Part shown: positions 51,401-63,400 of the stretch, one piece after another
How positions within the stretch are numbered: the first letter of the stretch is position 1
Layout: each line of letters opens with the position of its first letter
Assembly: GCA_046563655.1 (NCBI GenBank)
Contig: CM102285.1
Coordinates: 13,020,001-13,084,000 of the forward strand
Direction: 5' to 3'
Length of the DNA stretch: 64,000 nt
DNA from: Yuukianura sp. NJ FZ-2021
Lineage: Eukaryota
Translations under genes and position numbers: made by a program
The notes under the pieces: generated by a model
Databases searched by the model: none
Seen by the model: only the letters and a program-made list of their open reading frames with translations
What the model was told of the DNA's origin: nothing

Positions 51401-54400
51401 NNNNNNNNNNNNNNNNNNNNNNNNNNNNNNNNNNNNNNNNNNNNNCGTGTATTTCATTCGCCAACTCCATTTTGGATGTTAATTTCTTTCGTTTTTCACC
51501 TTAATCCTCCATTTCCTTTTTCTAAGGGAAGCCAGTACCTTGGGAGTTAAAATTATTAGTAGCGACTTTCACTGGGTAGTTTTTGATAAGCTGAGGAATA
51601 GATTCCAGTTCTACAGATTTCCGCGGTAAACTCTTGCACAACTACTAGCGGCAAACGCGTGCTTTGTTGCGAATAGAACAAACTAGCTGAACAGTTACAC
51701 ATTCATACGCGGAAGTTAATTAGGCACCTTTTGTTAACACTCCTAGAAAAAAGAACCAGCATTCCAGAAGGAAAAAACACTAAGGTAGATGGGAGAGATT
51801 CCGCGCCACCTACACCTTTCCAAGCCGCCAAAAAGCAGGCAGCATTGCCTCGACCTTCAATTGAGCAAGATAGCTCAGCGGAAATGGGTTCTGTACCCCA
51901 AACAACACTTGCCATCCGTGACTCACATCTTCCAATCCTCACTCCGCAGCAAAGAAAAGTCGTCACTGCTCCTGAACTTCAACAGCAAGTTTTAGAAAAC
52001 ATACCTGCCATAATCGAGGTTACTCAAGAGTCTGAGCTGGTTACATTTACTCCTCGCGGTCAAATGGTAGTTACAAAACTCAAAAAAATTAGACGAGAAG
52101 GTGTCAAGGAGCAAGAAGTGGAGCTTGAAGTCACCACGGAGGGTCAAACTAGAAAACTTTCAGTCCCCGAGGGATTAGAAGTCGCGATACCAACACCGTC
52201 AGGAGAGAAACTCAAGTTCAAAGTAAAGAAGCCAAAACGTGGCCAAAAGGATGACACCGTCGAAATTGAACAGTCGTTAAATGAAAAGACATTTGTTGTC
52301 ACAGCAGTCTCACCTGGGGAATTAATTAAATTCACCCCACAAGGCCTCAAAACTGTGAAGAAAATGTCAAAAAAGCCGAGCTTCCCAGAACCAAGAAGAA
52401 GTCAAAGTTGAGGAAGCTGTATCTTTCATCACTGAAGCAACTCAAGAATCAGAGCTGGTTACCTTCACACCCCAAGGAAGAAAAGTTGTAACTAAAGTCA
52501 AGAAGGTACGCCGAGAAGGAGATACTACGAAACAAATTGAGTTGGAGGTAACTACAGAGGGTCAAACCAGACGGCTTTCTGTAGTTGAAGATTCTGAAAT
52601 TTCTGTTCCAACTCCATCTGGCGAGAAATTAAAATTAAAAGTACGGAAGCCTAAACCAGAAGAAAGTGAAGATCAAGTTGACATGGAACAATCAGTCAAC
52701 GAGCAAGTATTTGTTACTACTGCTATTTCTCCTGGAGAGCTTATTGAATTCACTCCTCAGGGCTTAAAGACTGTCAAGAAACGACCCAAGAAACCAACTG
52801 TTCCAGAAATCAAAACAGAAGAAATTCCAGAAATTATTCCGGTGATTACAGAAGTTACACAAGAGTCTGAACTAGTCACCTTTACTCCTCAAGGCCGAAA
52901 GGTTGTCACAAAAGTCAAAAAGATTCGACGAGAAGGTGTCAAAGACCAGGATGTAGAACTTGAAGTCACAACCGAAGGTCAAACACGTAAACTTTCAATT
53001 ACTGAGGGCTCAGAAATTACATTACCTACGCCTTCTGGAGAAAAATTGAAAGTCAAAGTCAAGAAACCAAAACCTGGACAAAAAGAGGACACGGTTGAAG
53101 TTGAACAGTCCATCAACGAGCAGACATTTGTTGTAACTGCAGTTTCACCTGGAGAATTGATTGAATTTACACCTCAGGGTCTCAAGACGGTCAAGAAGAA
53201 ACCAAAGAAGCCACGGGTTCCAGAATCAAAAGAAGAAGAAGTCAAAGTTGAGGAAGCTGTATCTTTCATCACTGAAGCTACTCAAGAATCTGAGCTGGTT
53301 ACATTCACCCCTCAAGGAAGAAAAGTCGTAACAAAAGTGAAGAAGGTACGCCGAGAAGGAGATACAACGAAGCAAATTGAGTTGGAGGTAACTACGGAGG
53401 GTCAAACTAGAAGGCTTTCTGTAGTCGAAGATTCCGAAATTTCTGTTCCAACTCCATCTGGTGAGAAATTAAAATTGAAAGTACGGAAGCCTAAACCAGA
53501 CGAAAGTGAAGATCAAGTTGACATGGAACAATCAGTCAACGAGCAAGTATTTGTTACTACTGCTATTTCTCCTGGAGAGCTTATTGAATTCACTCCTCAG
53601 GGCTTAAAGACTGTCAAGAAACGACCCAAGAAACCAACTGTTCCAGAAATCAAAACAGAAGAAATTCCAGAAATTATTCCGGTGATTACAGAAGTTACAC
53701 AAGAGTCTGAACTAGTCACCTTTACTCCTCAAGGCCGAAAGGTTGTCACAAAAGTCAAAAAGATTCGACGAGAAGGTGTCAAAGACCAGGATGTGGAACT
53801 TGAAGTCACAACCGAAGGTCAAACACGTAAACTTTCAATTACTGAGGGCTCAGAAATTACATTACCTACGCCTTCTGGAGAAAAATTGAAAGTCAAAGTC
53901 AAGAAACCAAAACCTGGACAAAAAGAGGACACGGTTGAAGTTGAACAGTCCATCAACGAGCAGACATTTGTTGTAACTGCAGTTTCACCTGGAGAATTGA
54001 TTGAATTTACACCTCAGGGTCTCAAGACGGTCAAGAAGAAACCAAAGAAGCCACGGGTTCCAGAATCAAAAGAAGAAGAAGTCAAAGTTGAGGAAGCTGT
54101 ATCTTTCATCACTGAAGCTACCCAAGAATCTGAGCTGGTTACATTCACCCCTCAAGGAAGAAAAGTCATAACAAAAGTGAAGAAGGTACGCCGAGAAGGA
54201 GATACAACGAAGCAGATTGAGTTGGAGGTAACTACTGAAGGTCAAACCAGAAGGCTTTCTGTAGTCGAAGATTCTGAAATTTCTGTTCCAACTCCATCTG
54301 GTGAAAAATTAAAATTAAAAGTAAGGAAGCCTAAACCAGACGAAAGTGAAGATCAAGTTGACATGGAACAATCCGTCAACGAGCAAGTATTTGTTACTAC

Positions 54401-57400
54401 TGCTATTTCTCCTGGAGAGCTTATTGAATTCACTCCTCAGGGCTTGAAGACTGTCAAGAAACGACCCAAGAAACCAACTGTTCCAGAAATCAAAACAGAA
54501 GAAATTCCAGAAATTATTCCGGTGATTACAGAAGTTACACAAGAGTCTGAACTAGTCACCTTTACTCCTCAAGGCCGAAAGGTTGTCACAAAAGTCAAAA
54601 AGATTCGACGAGAAGGTGTCAAAGACCAGGATGTGGAACTTGAAGTCACAACCGAAGGTCAAACACGTAAACTTTCAATTACTGAGGGCTCAGAAATTAC
54701 ATTACCTACGCCTTCTGGAGAAAAATTGAAAGTCAAAGTCAAGAAACCAAAACCTGGACAAAAAGAGGACACGGTTGAAGTTGAACAGTCCATCAACGAG
54801 CAGACATTTGTTGTAACTGCAGTTTCACCTGGAGAATTGATTGAATTTACACCTCAGGGTCTCAAGACGGTCAAGAAGAAACCAAAGAAGCCACGGGTTC
54901 CAGAATCAAAAGAAGAAGAAGTCAAAGTTGAGGAAGCTGTATCTTTCATCACTGAAGCTACCCAAGAATCTGAGCTGGTTACATTCACCCCTCAAGGAAG
55001 AAAAGTCGTAACAAAAGTGAAGAAGGTACGCCGAGAAGGAGATACAACGAAGCAGATTGAGTTGGAAGTAACTACTGAAGGTCAAACCAGAAGGCTTTCT
55101 GTAGTCGAAGATTCTGAAATTTCTGTTCCAACTCCATCTGGTGAAAAATTAAAATTAAAAGTAAGGAAGCCTAAACCAGACGAAAGTGAAGATCAAGTTG
55201 ACATGGAACAATCCGTCAACGAGCAAGTATTTGTTACTACTGCTATTTCTCCTGGAGAGCTTATTGAATTCACTCCTCAGGGCTTGAAGACTGTCAAGAA
55301 ACGACCCAAGAAACCAACTGTTCCAGAAATCAAAACAGAAGAAATTCCAGAAATTATTCCGGTGATTACAGAAGTTACACAAGAGTCTGAACTAGTCACC
55401 TTTACTCCTCAAGGCCGAAAGGTTGTCACAAAAGTCAAAAAGATTCGACGAGAAGGTGTCAAAGACCAGGATGTGGAACTTGAAGTCACAACCGAAGGTC
55501 AAACACGTAAACTTTCAATTACTGAGGGCTCAGAAATTACATTACCTACGCCTTCTGGAGAAAAATTGAAAGTCAAAGTCAAGAAACCAAAACCTGGACA
55601 AAAAGAGGACACGGTTGAAGTTGAACAGTCCATCAACGAGCAGACATTTGTTGTAACTGCAGTTTCACCTGGAGAATTGATTGAATTTACACCTCAGGGT
55701 CTCAAGACGGTCAAGAAGAAACCAAAGAAGCCACGGGTTCCAGAATCAAAAGAAGAAGAAGTCAAAGTTGAGGAAGCTGTATCTTTCATCACTGAAGCTA
55801 CCCAAGAATCTGAGCTGGTTACATTCACCCCTCAAGGAAGAAAAGTCATAACAAAAGTGAAGAAGGTACGCCGAGAAGGAGATACAACGAAGCAGATTGA
55901 ATTGGAAGTAACTACTGAAGGTCAAACCAGAAGGCTTTCTGTAGTCGAAGATTCTGAAATTTCTGTTCCAACTCCATCTGGTGAAAAATTAAAATTAAAA
56001 GTAAGGAAGCCTAAACCAGACGAAAGTGAAGATCAAGTTGACATGGAACAATCAGTCAACGAGCAAGTATTTGTTACTACTGCTATTTCTCCTGGAGAGC
56101 TTATTGAATTCACTCCTCAGGGCTTAAAGACTGTCAAGAAACGACCCAAGAAACCAACTGTTCCAGAAATCAAAACAGAAGAAATTCCAGAAATTATTCC
56201 GGTGATTACAGAAGTTACACAAGAGTCTGAACTAGTCACCTTTACTCCTCAAGGCCGAAAGGTTGTCACAAAAGTCAAAAAGATTCGACGAGAAGGTGTC
56301 AAAGACCAGGATGTAGAACTTGAAGTCACAACCGAAGGTCAAACACGTAAACTTTCAATTACTGAGGGCTCAGAAATTACATTACCTACGCCTTCTGGAG
56401 AAAAATTGAAAGTCAAAGTCAAGAAACCAAAACCTGGACAAAAAGAGGACACGGTTGAAGTTGAACAGTCCATCAACGAGCAGACATTTGTTGTAACTGC
56501 AGTTTCACCTGGAGAATTGATTGAATTTACACCTCAGGGTCTCAAGACGGTCAAGAAGAAACCAAAGAAGCCACGGGTTCCAGAATCAAAAGAAGAAGAA
56601 GTCAAAGTTGAGGAAGCTGTATCTTTCATCACTGAAGCTACCCAAGAATCTGAGCTGGTTACATTCACCCCTCAAGGAAGAAAAGTCATAACAAAAGTGA
56701 AGAAGGTACGCCGAGAAGGAGATACAACGAAGCAGATTGAGTTGGAGGTAACTACTGAAGGTCAAACCAGAAGGCTTTCTGTAGTCGAAGATTCTGAAAT
56801 TTCTGTTCCAACTCCATCTGGTGAGAAATTAAAATTGAAAGTACGGAAGCCTAAACCAGACGAAAGTGAAGATCAAGTTGACATGGAACAATCAGTCAAC
56901 GAGCAAGTATTTGTTACTACTGCTATTTCTCCTGGAGAGCTTATTGAATTCACTCCTCAGGGCTTAAAGACTGTCAAGAAACGACCCAAGAAACCAACTG
57001 TTCCAGAAATCAAAACAGAAGAAATTCCAGAAATTATTCCGGTGATTACAGAAGTTACACAAGAGTCTGAACTAGTCACCTTTACTCCTCAAGGCCGAAA
57101 GGTTGTCACAAAAGTCAAAAAGATTCGACGAGAAGGTGTCAAAGACCAGGATGTAGAACTTGAAGTCACAACCGAAGGTCAAACACGTAAACTTTCAATT
57201 ACTGAGGGCTCAGAAATTACATTACCTACGCCTTCTGGAGAAAAATTGAAAGTCAAAGTCAAGAAACCAAAACCTGGACAAAAAGAGGACACGGTTGAAG
57301 TTGAACAGTCCATCAACGAGCAGACATTTGTTGTAACTGCAGTTTCACCTGGAGAATTGATTGAATTTACACCTCAGGGTCTCAAGACGGTCAAGAAGAA

Positions 57401-60400
57401 ACCAAAGAAGCCACGGGTTCCAGAATCAAAAGAAGAAGAAGTCAAAGTTGAGGAAGCTGTATCTTTCATCACTGAAGCTACCCAAGAATCTGAGCTGGTT
57501 ACATTCACCCCTCAAGGAAGAAAAGTCATAACAAAAGTGAAGAAGGTACGCCGAGAAGGAGATACAACGAAGCAGATTGAGTTGGAAGTAACTACTGAAG
57601 GTCAAACCAGAAGGCTTTCTGTAGTCGAAGATTCCGAAATTTCTGTTCCAACTCCATCTGGTGAGAAATTAAAATTGAAAGTACGGAAGCCTAAACCAGA
57701 CGAAAGTGAAGATCAAGTTGACATGGAACAATCAGTCAACGAGCAAGTATTTGTTACTACTGCTATTTCTCCTGGAGAGCTTATTGAATTCACTCCTCAG
57801 GGCTTAAAGACTGTCAAGAAACGACCCAAGAAACCAACTGTTCCAGAAATCAAAACAGAAGAAATTCCAGAAATTATTCCGGTGATTACAGAAGTTACAC
57901 AAGAGTCTGAACTAGTCACCTTTACTCCTCAAGGCCGAAAGGTTGTCACAAAAGTCAAAAAGATTCGACGAGAAGGTGTCAAAGACCAGGATGTAGAACT
58001 TGAAGTCACAACCGAAGGTCAAACACGTAAACTTTCAATTACTGAGGGCTCAGAAATTACATTACCTACGCCTTCTGGAGAAAAATTGAAAGTCAAAGTC
58101 AAGAAACCAAAACCTGGACAAAAAGAGGACACGGTTGAAGTTGAACAGTCCATCAACGAGCAGACATTTGTTGTAACTGCAGTTTCACCTGGAGAATTGA
58201 TTGAATTTACACCTCAGGGTCTCAAGACGGTCAAGAAGAAACCAAAGAAGCCACGGGTTCCAGAATCAAAAGAAGAAGAAGTCAAAGTTGAGGAAGCTGT
58301 ATCTTTCATCACTGAAGCTACCCAAGAATCTGAGCTGGTTACATTCACCCCTCAAGGAAGAAAAGTCATAACAAAAGTGAAGAAGGTACGCCGAGAAGGA
58401 GATACAACGAAGCAAATTGAGTTGGAGGTAACTACTGAAGGTCAAACCAGAAGGCTTTCTGTAGTCGAAGATTCCGAAATTTCTGTTCCAACTCCATCTG
58501 GTGAGAAATTAAAATTGAAAGTACGGAAGCCTAAACCAGACGAAAGTGAAGATCAAGTTGACATGGAACAATCAGTCAACGAGCAAGTATTTGTTACTAC
58601 TGCTATTTCTCCTGGAGAGCTTATTGAATTCACTCCTCAGGGCTTAAAGACTGTCAAGAAACGACCCAAGAAACCAACTGTTCCAGAAATCAAAACAGAA
58701 GAAATTCCAGAAATTATTCCGGTGATTACAGAAGTTACACAAGAGTCTGAACTAGTCACCTTTACTCCTCAAGGCCGAAAGGTTGTCACAAAAGTCAAAA
58801 AGATTCGACGAGAAGGTGTCAAAGACCAGGATGTAGAACTTGAAGTCACAACCGAAGGTCAAACACGTAAACTTTCAATTACTGAGGGCTCAGAAATTAC
58901 ATTACCTACGCCTTCTGGAGAAAAATTGAAAGTCAAAGTCAAGAAACCAAAACCTGGACAAAAAGAGGACACGGTTGAAGTTGAACAGTCCATCAACGAG
59001 CAGACATTTGTTGTAACTGCAGTTTCACCTGGAGAATTAATTGAATTTACACCTCAGGGTCTCAAGACGGTCAAAAAGAAACCAAAGAAGCCACGGGTTC
59101 CAGAATCAAAAGAAGAAGAAGTCAAAGTTGAGGAAGCTGTATCTTTCATCACTGAAGCTACTCAAGAATCTGAGCTGGTTACATTCACCCCTCAAGGAAG
59201 AAAAGTTGTAACCAAAGTCAAAAAGGTACGCCGAGAAGGAGATACTACAAAGCAAATTGAGTTGGAGGTAACTACTGAAGGTCAAACAAGAAGGCTTTCT
59301 GTTGTCGAAGATTCCGAAATTTCTGTTCCAACTCCATCTGGTGAGAAATTAAAATTGAAAGTACGGAAGCCTAAACCAGATGAAAGTGAAGATCAAGTTG
59401 ACATGGAACAATCAGTCAACGAGCAAGTATTTGTTACTACTGCTATTTCTCCTGGAGAGCTTATTGAATTCACTCCTCAGGGCTTAAAGACTGTCAAGAA
59501 ACGACCCAAGAAACCAACTGTTCCAGAAATCAAAACAGAAGAAATTCCAGAAATTATTCCGGTGATTACAGAAGTTACACAAGAGTCTGAACTAGTCACC
59601 TTTACTCCTCAAGGCCGAAAGGTTGTCACAAAAGTCAAAAAGATTCGACGAGAAGGTGTCAAAGACCAGGATGTAGAACTTGAAGTCACAACCGAAGGTC
59701 AAACACGTAAACTTTCAATTACTGAGGGCTCAGAAATTACATTACCTACGCCTTCTGGAGAAAAATTGAAAGTCAAAGTCAAGAAACCAAAACCTGGACA
59801 AAAAGAGGACACGGTTGAAGTTGAACAGTCCATCAACGAGCAGACATTTGTTGTAACTGCAGTTTCACCTGGAGAATTGATTGAATTTACACCTCAGGGT
59901 CTCAAGACGGTCAAGAAGAAACCAAAGAAGCCACGGGTTCCAGAATCAAAAGAAGAAGAAGTCAAAGTTGAGGAAGCTGTATCTTTCATCACTGAAGCTA
60001 CCCAAGAATCTGAGCTGGTTACATTCACCCCTCAAGGAAGAAAAGTCATAACAAAAGTGAAGAAGGTACGCCGAGAAGGAGATACAACGAAGCAGATTGA
60101 GTTGGAGGTAACTACTGAAGGTCAAACCAGAAGGCTTTCTGTAGTCGAAGATTCCGAAATTTCTGTTCCAACTCCATCTGGTGAGAAATTAAAATTGAAA
60201 GTACGGAAGCCTAAACCAGACGAAAGTGAAGATCAAGTTGACATGGAACAATCAGTCAACGAGCAAGTATTTGTTACTACTGCTATTTCTCCTGGAGAGC
60301 TTATTGAATTCACTCCTCAGGGCTTAAAGACTGTCAAGAAACGACCCAAGAAACCAACTGTTCCAGAAATCAAAACAGAAGAAATTCCAGAAATTATTCC

Positions 60401-63400
60401 GGTGATTACAGAAGTTACACAAGAGTCTGAACTAGTCACCTTTACTCCTCAAGGCCGAAAGGTTGTCACAAAAGTCAAAAAGATTCGACGAGAAGGTGTC
60501 AAAGACCAGGATGTAGAACTTGAAGTCACAACCGAAGGTCAAACACGTAAACTTTCAATTACTGAGGGCTCAGAAATTACATTACCTACGCCTTCTGGAG
60601 AAAAATTGAAAGTCAAAGTCAAGAAACCAAAACCTGGACAAAAAGAGGACACGGTTGAAGTTGAACAGTCCATCAACGAGCAGACATTTGTTGTAACTGC
60701 AGTTTCACCTGGAGAATTGATTGAATTTACACCTCAGGGTCTCAAGACGGTCAAGAAGAAACCAAAGAAGCCACGGGTTCCAGAATCAAAAGAAGAAGAA
60801 GTCAAAGTTGAGGAAGCTGTATCTTTCATCACTGAAGCTACCCAAGAATCTGAGCTGGTTACATTCACCCCTCAAGGAAGAAAAGTCATAACAAAAGTGA
60901 AGAAGGTACGCCGAGAAGGAGATACAACGAAGCAGATTGAGTTGGAAGTAACTACTGAAGGTCAAACCAGAAGGCTTTCTGTAGTCGAAGATTCTGAAAT
61001 TTCTGTTCCAACTCCATCTGGTGAGAAATTAAAATTGAAAGTACGGAAGCCTAAACCAGACGAAAGTGAAGATCAAGTTGACATGGAACAATCAGTCAAC
61101 GAGCAAGTATTTGTTACTACTGCTATTTCTCCTGGAGAGCTTATTGAATTCACTCCTCAGGGCTTAAAGACTGTCAAGAAACGACCCAAGAAACCAACTG
61201 TTCCAGAAATCAAAACAGAAGAAATTCCAGAAATTATTCCGGTGATTACAGAAGTTACACAAGAGTCTGAACTAGTCACCTTTACTCCTCAAGGCCGAAA
61301 GGTTGTCACAAAAGTCAAAAAGATTCGACGAGAAGGTGTCAAAGACCAGGATGTGGAACTTGAAGTCACAACCGAAGGTCAAACACGTAAACTTTCAATT
61401 ACTGAGGGCTCAGAAATTACATTACCTACGCCTTCTGGAGAAAAATTGAAAGTCAAAGTCAAGAAACCAAAACCTGGACAAAAAGAGGACACGGTTGAAG
61501 TTGAACAGTCCATCAACGAGCAGACATTTGTTGTAACTGCAGTTTCACCTGGAGAATTGATTGAATTTACACCTCAGGGTCTCAAGACGGTCAAGAAGAA
61601 ACCAAAGAAGCCACGGGTTCCAGAATCAAAAGAAGAAGAAGTCAAAGTTGAGGAAGCTGTATCTTTCATCACTGAAGCTACCCAAGAATCTGAGCTGGTT
61701 ACATTCACCCCTCAAGGAAGAAAAGTCATAACAAAAGTGAAGAAGGTACGCCGAGAAGGAGATACAACGAAGCAGATTGAGTTGGAGGTAACTACGGAGG
61801 GTCAAACCAGAAGGCTTTCTGTAGTCGAAGATTCCGAAATTTCTGTTCCAACTCCATCTGGTGAGAAATTAAAATTGAAAGTACGGAAGCCTAAACCAGA
61901 CGAAAGTGAAGATCAAGTTGACATGGAACAATCAGTCAACGAGCAAGTATTTGTTACTACTGCTATTTCTCCTGGAGAGCTTATTGAATTCACTCCTCAG
62001 GGCTTAAAGACTGTCAAGAAACGACCCAAGAAACCAACTGTTCCAGAAATCAAAACAGAAGAAATTCCAGAAATAATTCCGGTGATTACAGAAGTTACGC
62101 AAGAATCTGAACTAGTAACCTTTACTCCTCAAGGCCGAAAGGTTGTCACAAAAGTCAAAAAGATTCGACGAGAAGGTGTCAAAGACCAGGATGTAGAACT
62201 TGAAGTAACAACCGAAGGTCAAACACGTAAACTTTCAATTACTGAGGGCTCAGAAATTACATTACCTACGCCTTCTGGAGAAAAATTGAAAGTCAAAGTC
62301 AAGAAACCAAAACCTGGACAAAAAGAGGACACGGTTGAAGTTGAACAGTCCATCAACGAGCAGACATTTGTTGTAACTGCAGTTTCACCTGGAGAATTGA
62401 TTGAATTTACACCTCAGGGTCTCAAGACGGTCAAGAAGAAACCAAAGAAGCCACGGGTTCCAGAATCAAAAGAAGAAGAAGTCAAAGTTGAGGAAGCTGT
62501 ATCTTTCATCACTGAAGCTACTCAAGAATCTGAGCTGGTTACATTCACCCCTCAAGGAAGAAAAGTCGTAACAAAAGTGAAGAAGGTACGCCGAGAAGGA
62601 GATACAACGAAGCAGATTGAGTTGGAAGTAACTACTGAAGGTCAAACCAGAAGGCTTTCTGTAGTCGAAGATTCCGAAATTTCTGTTCCAACTCCATCTG
62701 GTGAGAAATTAAAATTGAAAGTACGGAAGCCTAAACCAGATGAAAGTGAAGATCAAGTTGACATGGAACAATCAGTCAACGAGCAAGTATTTGTTACTAC
62801 TGCTATTTCTCCTGGAGAGCTTATTGAATTCACTCCTCAGGGCTTAAAGACTGTCAAGAAACGACCCAAGAAACCAACTGTTCCAGAAATCAAAACAGAA
62901 GAAATTCCAGAAATTATTCCGGTGATTACAGAAGTTACACAAGAGTCTGAACTAGTCACCTTTACTCCTCAAGGCCGAAAGGTTGTCACAAAAGTCAAAA
63001 AGATTCGACGAGAAGGTGTCAAAGACCAGGATGTAGAACTTGAAGTCACAACCGAAGGTCAAACACGTAAACTTTCAATTACTGAGGGCTCAGAAATTAC
63101 ATTACCTACGCCTTCTGGAGAAAAATTGAAAGTCAAAGTCAAGAAACCAAAACCTGGACAAAAAGAGGACACGGTTGAAGTTGAACAGTCCATCAACGAG
63201 CAGACATTTGTTGTAACTGCAGTTTCACCTGGAGAATTAATTGAATTTACACCTCAGGGTCTCAAGACGGTCAAAAAGAAACCAAAGAAGCCACGGGTTC
63301 CAGAATCAAAAGAAGAAGAAGTCAAAGTTGAGGAAGCTGTATCTTTCATCACTGAAGCTACTCAAGAATCTGAGCTGGTTACATTCACCCCTCAAGGAAG

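Noticed and set aside
54315..55382. Two identical 75-aa antisense ORFs in the array
   Set aside because: They are by-products of synonymous SNPs that remove an antisense stop in two units, with no independent coding signal.
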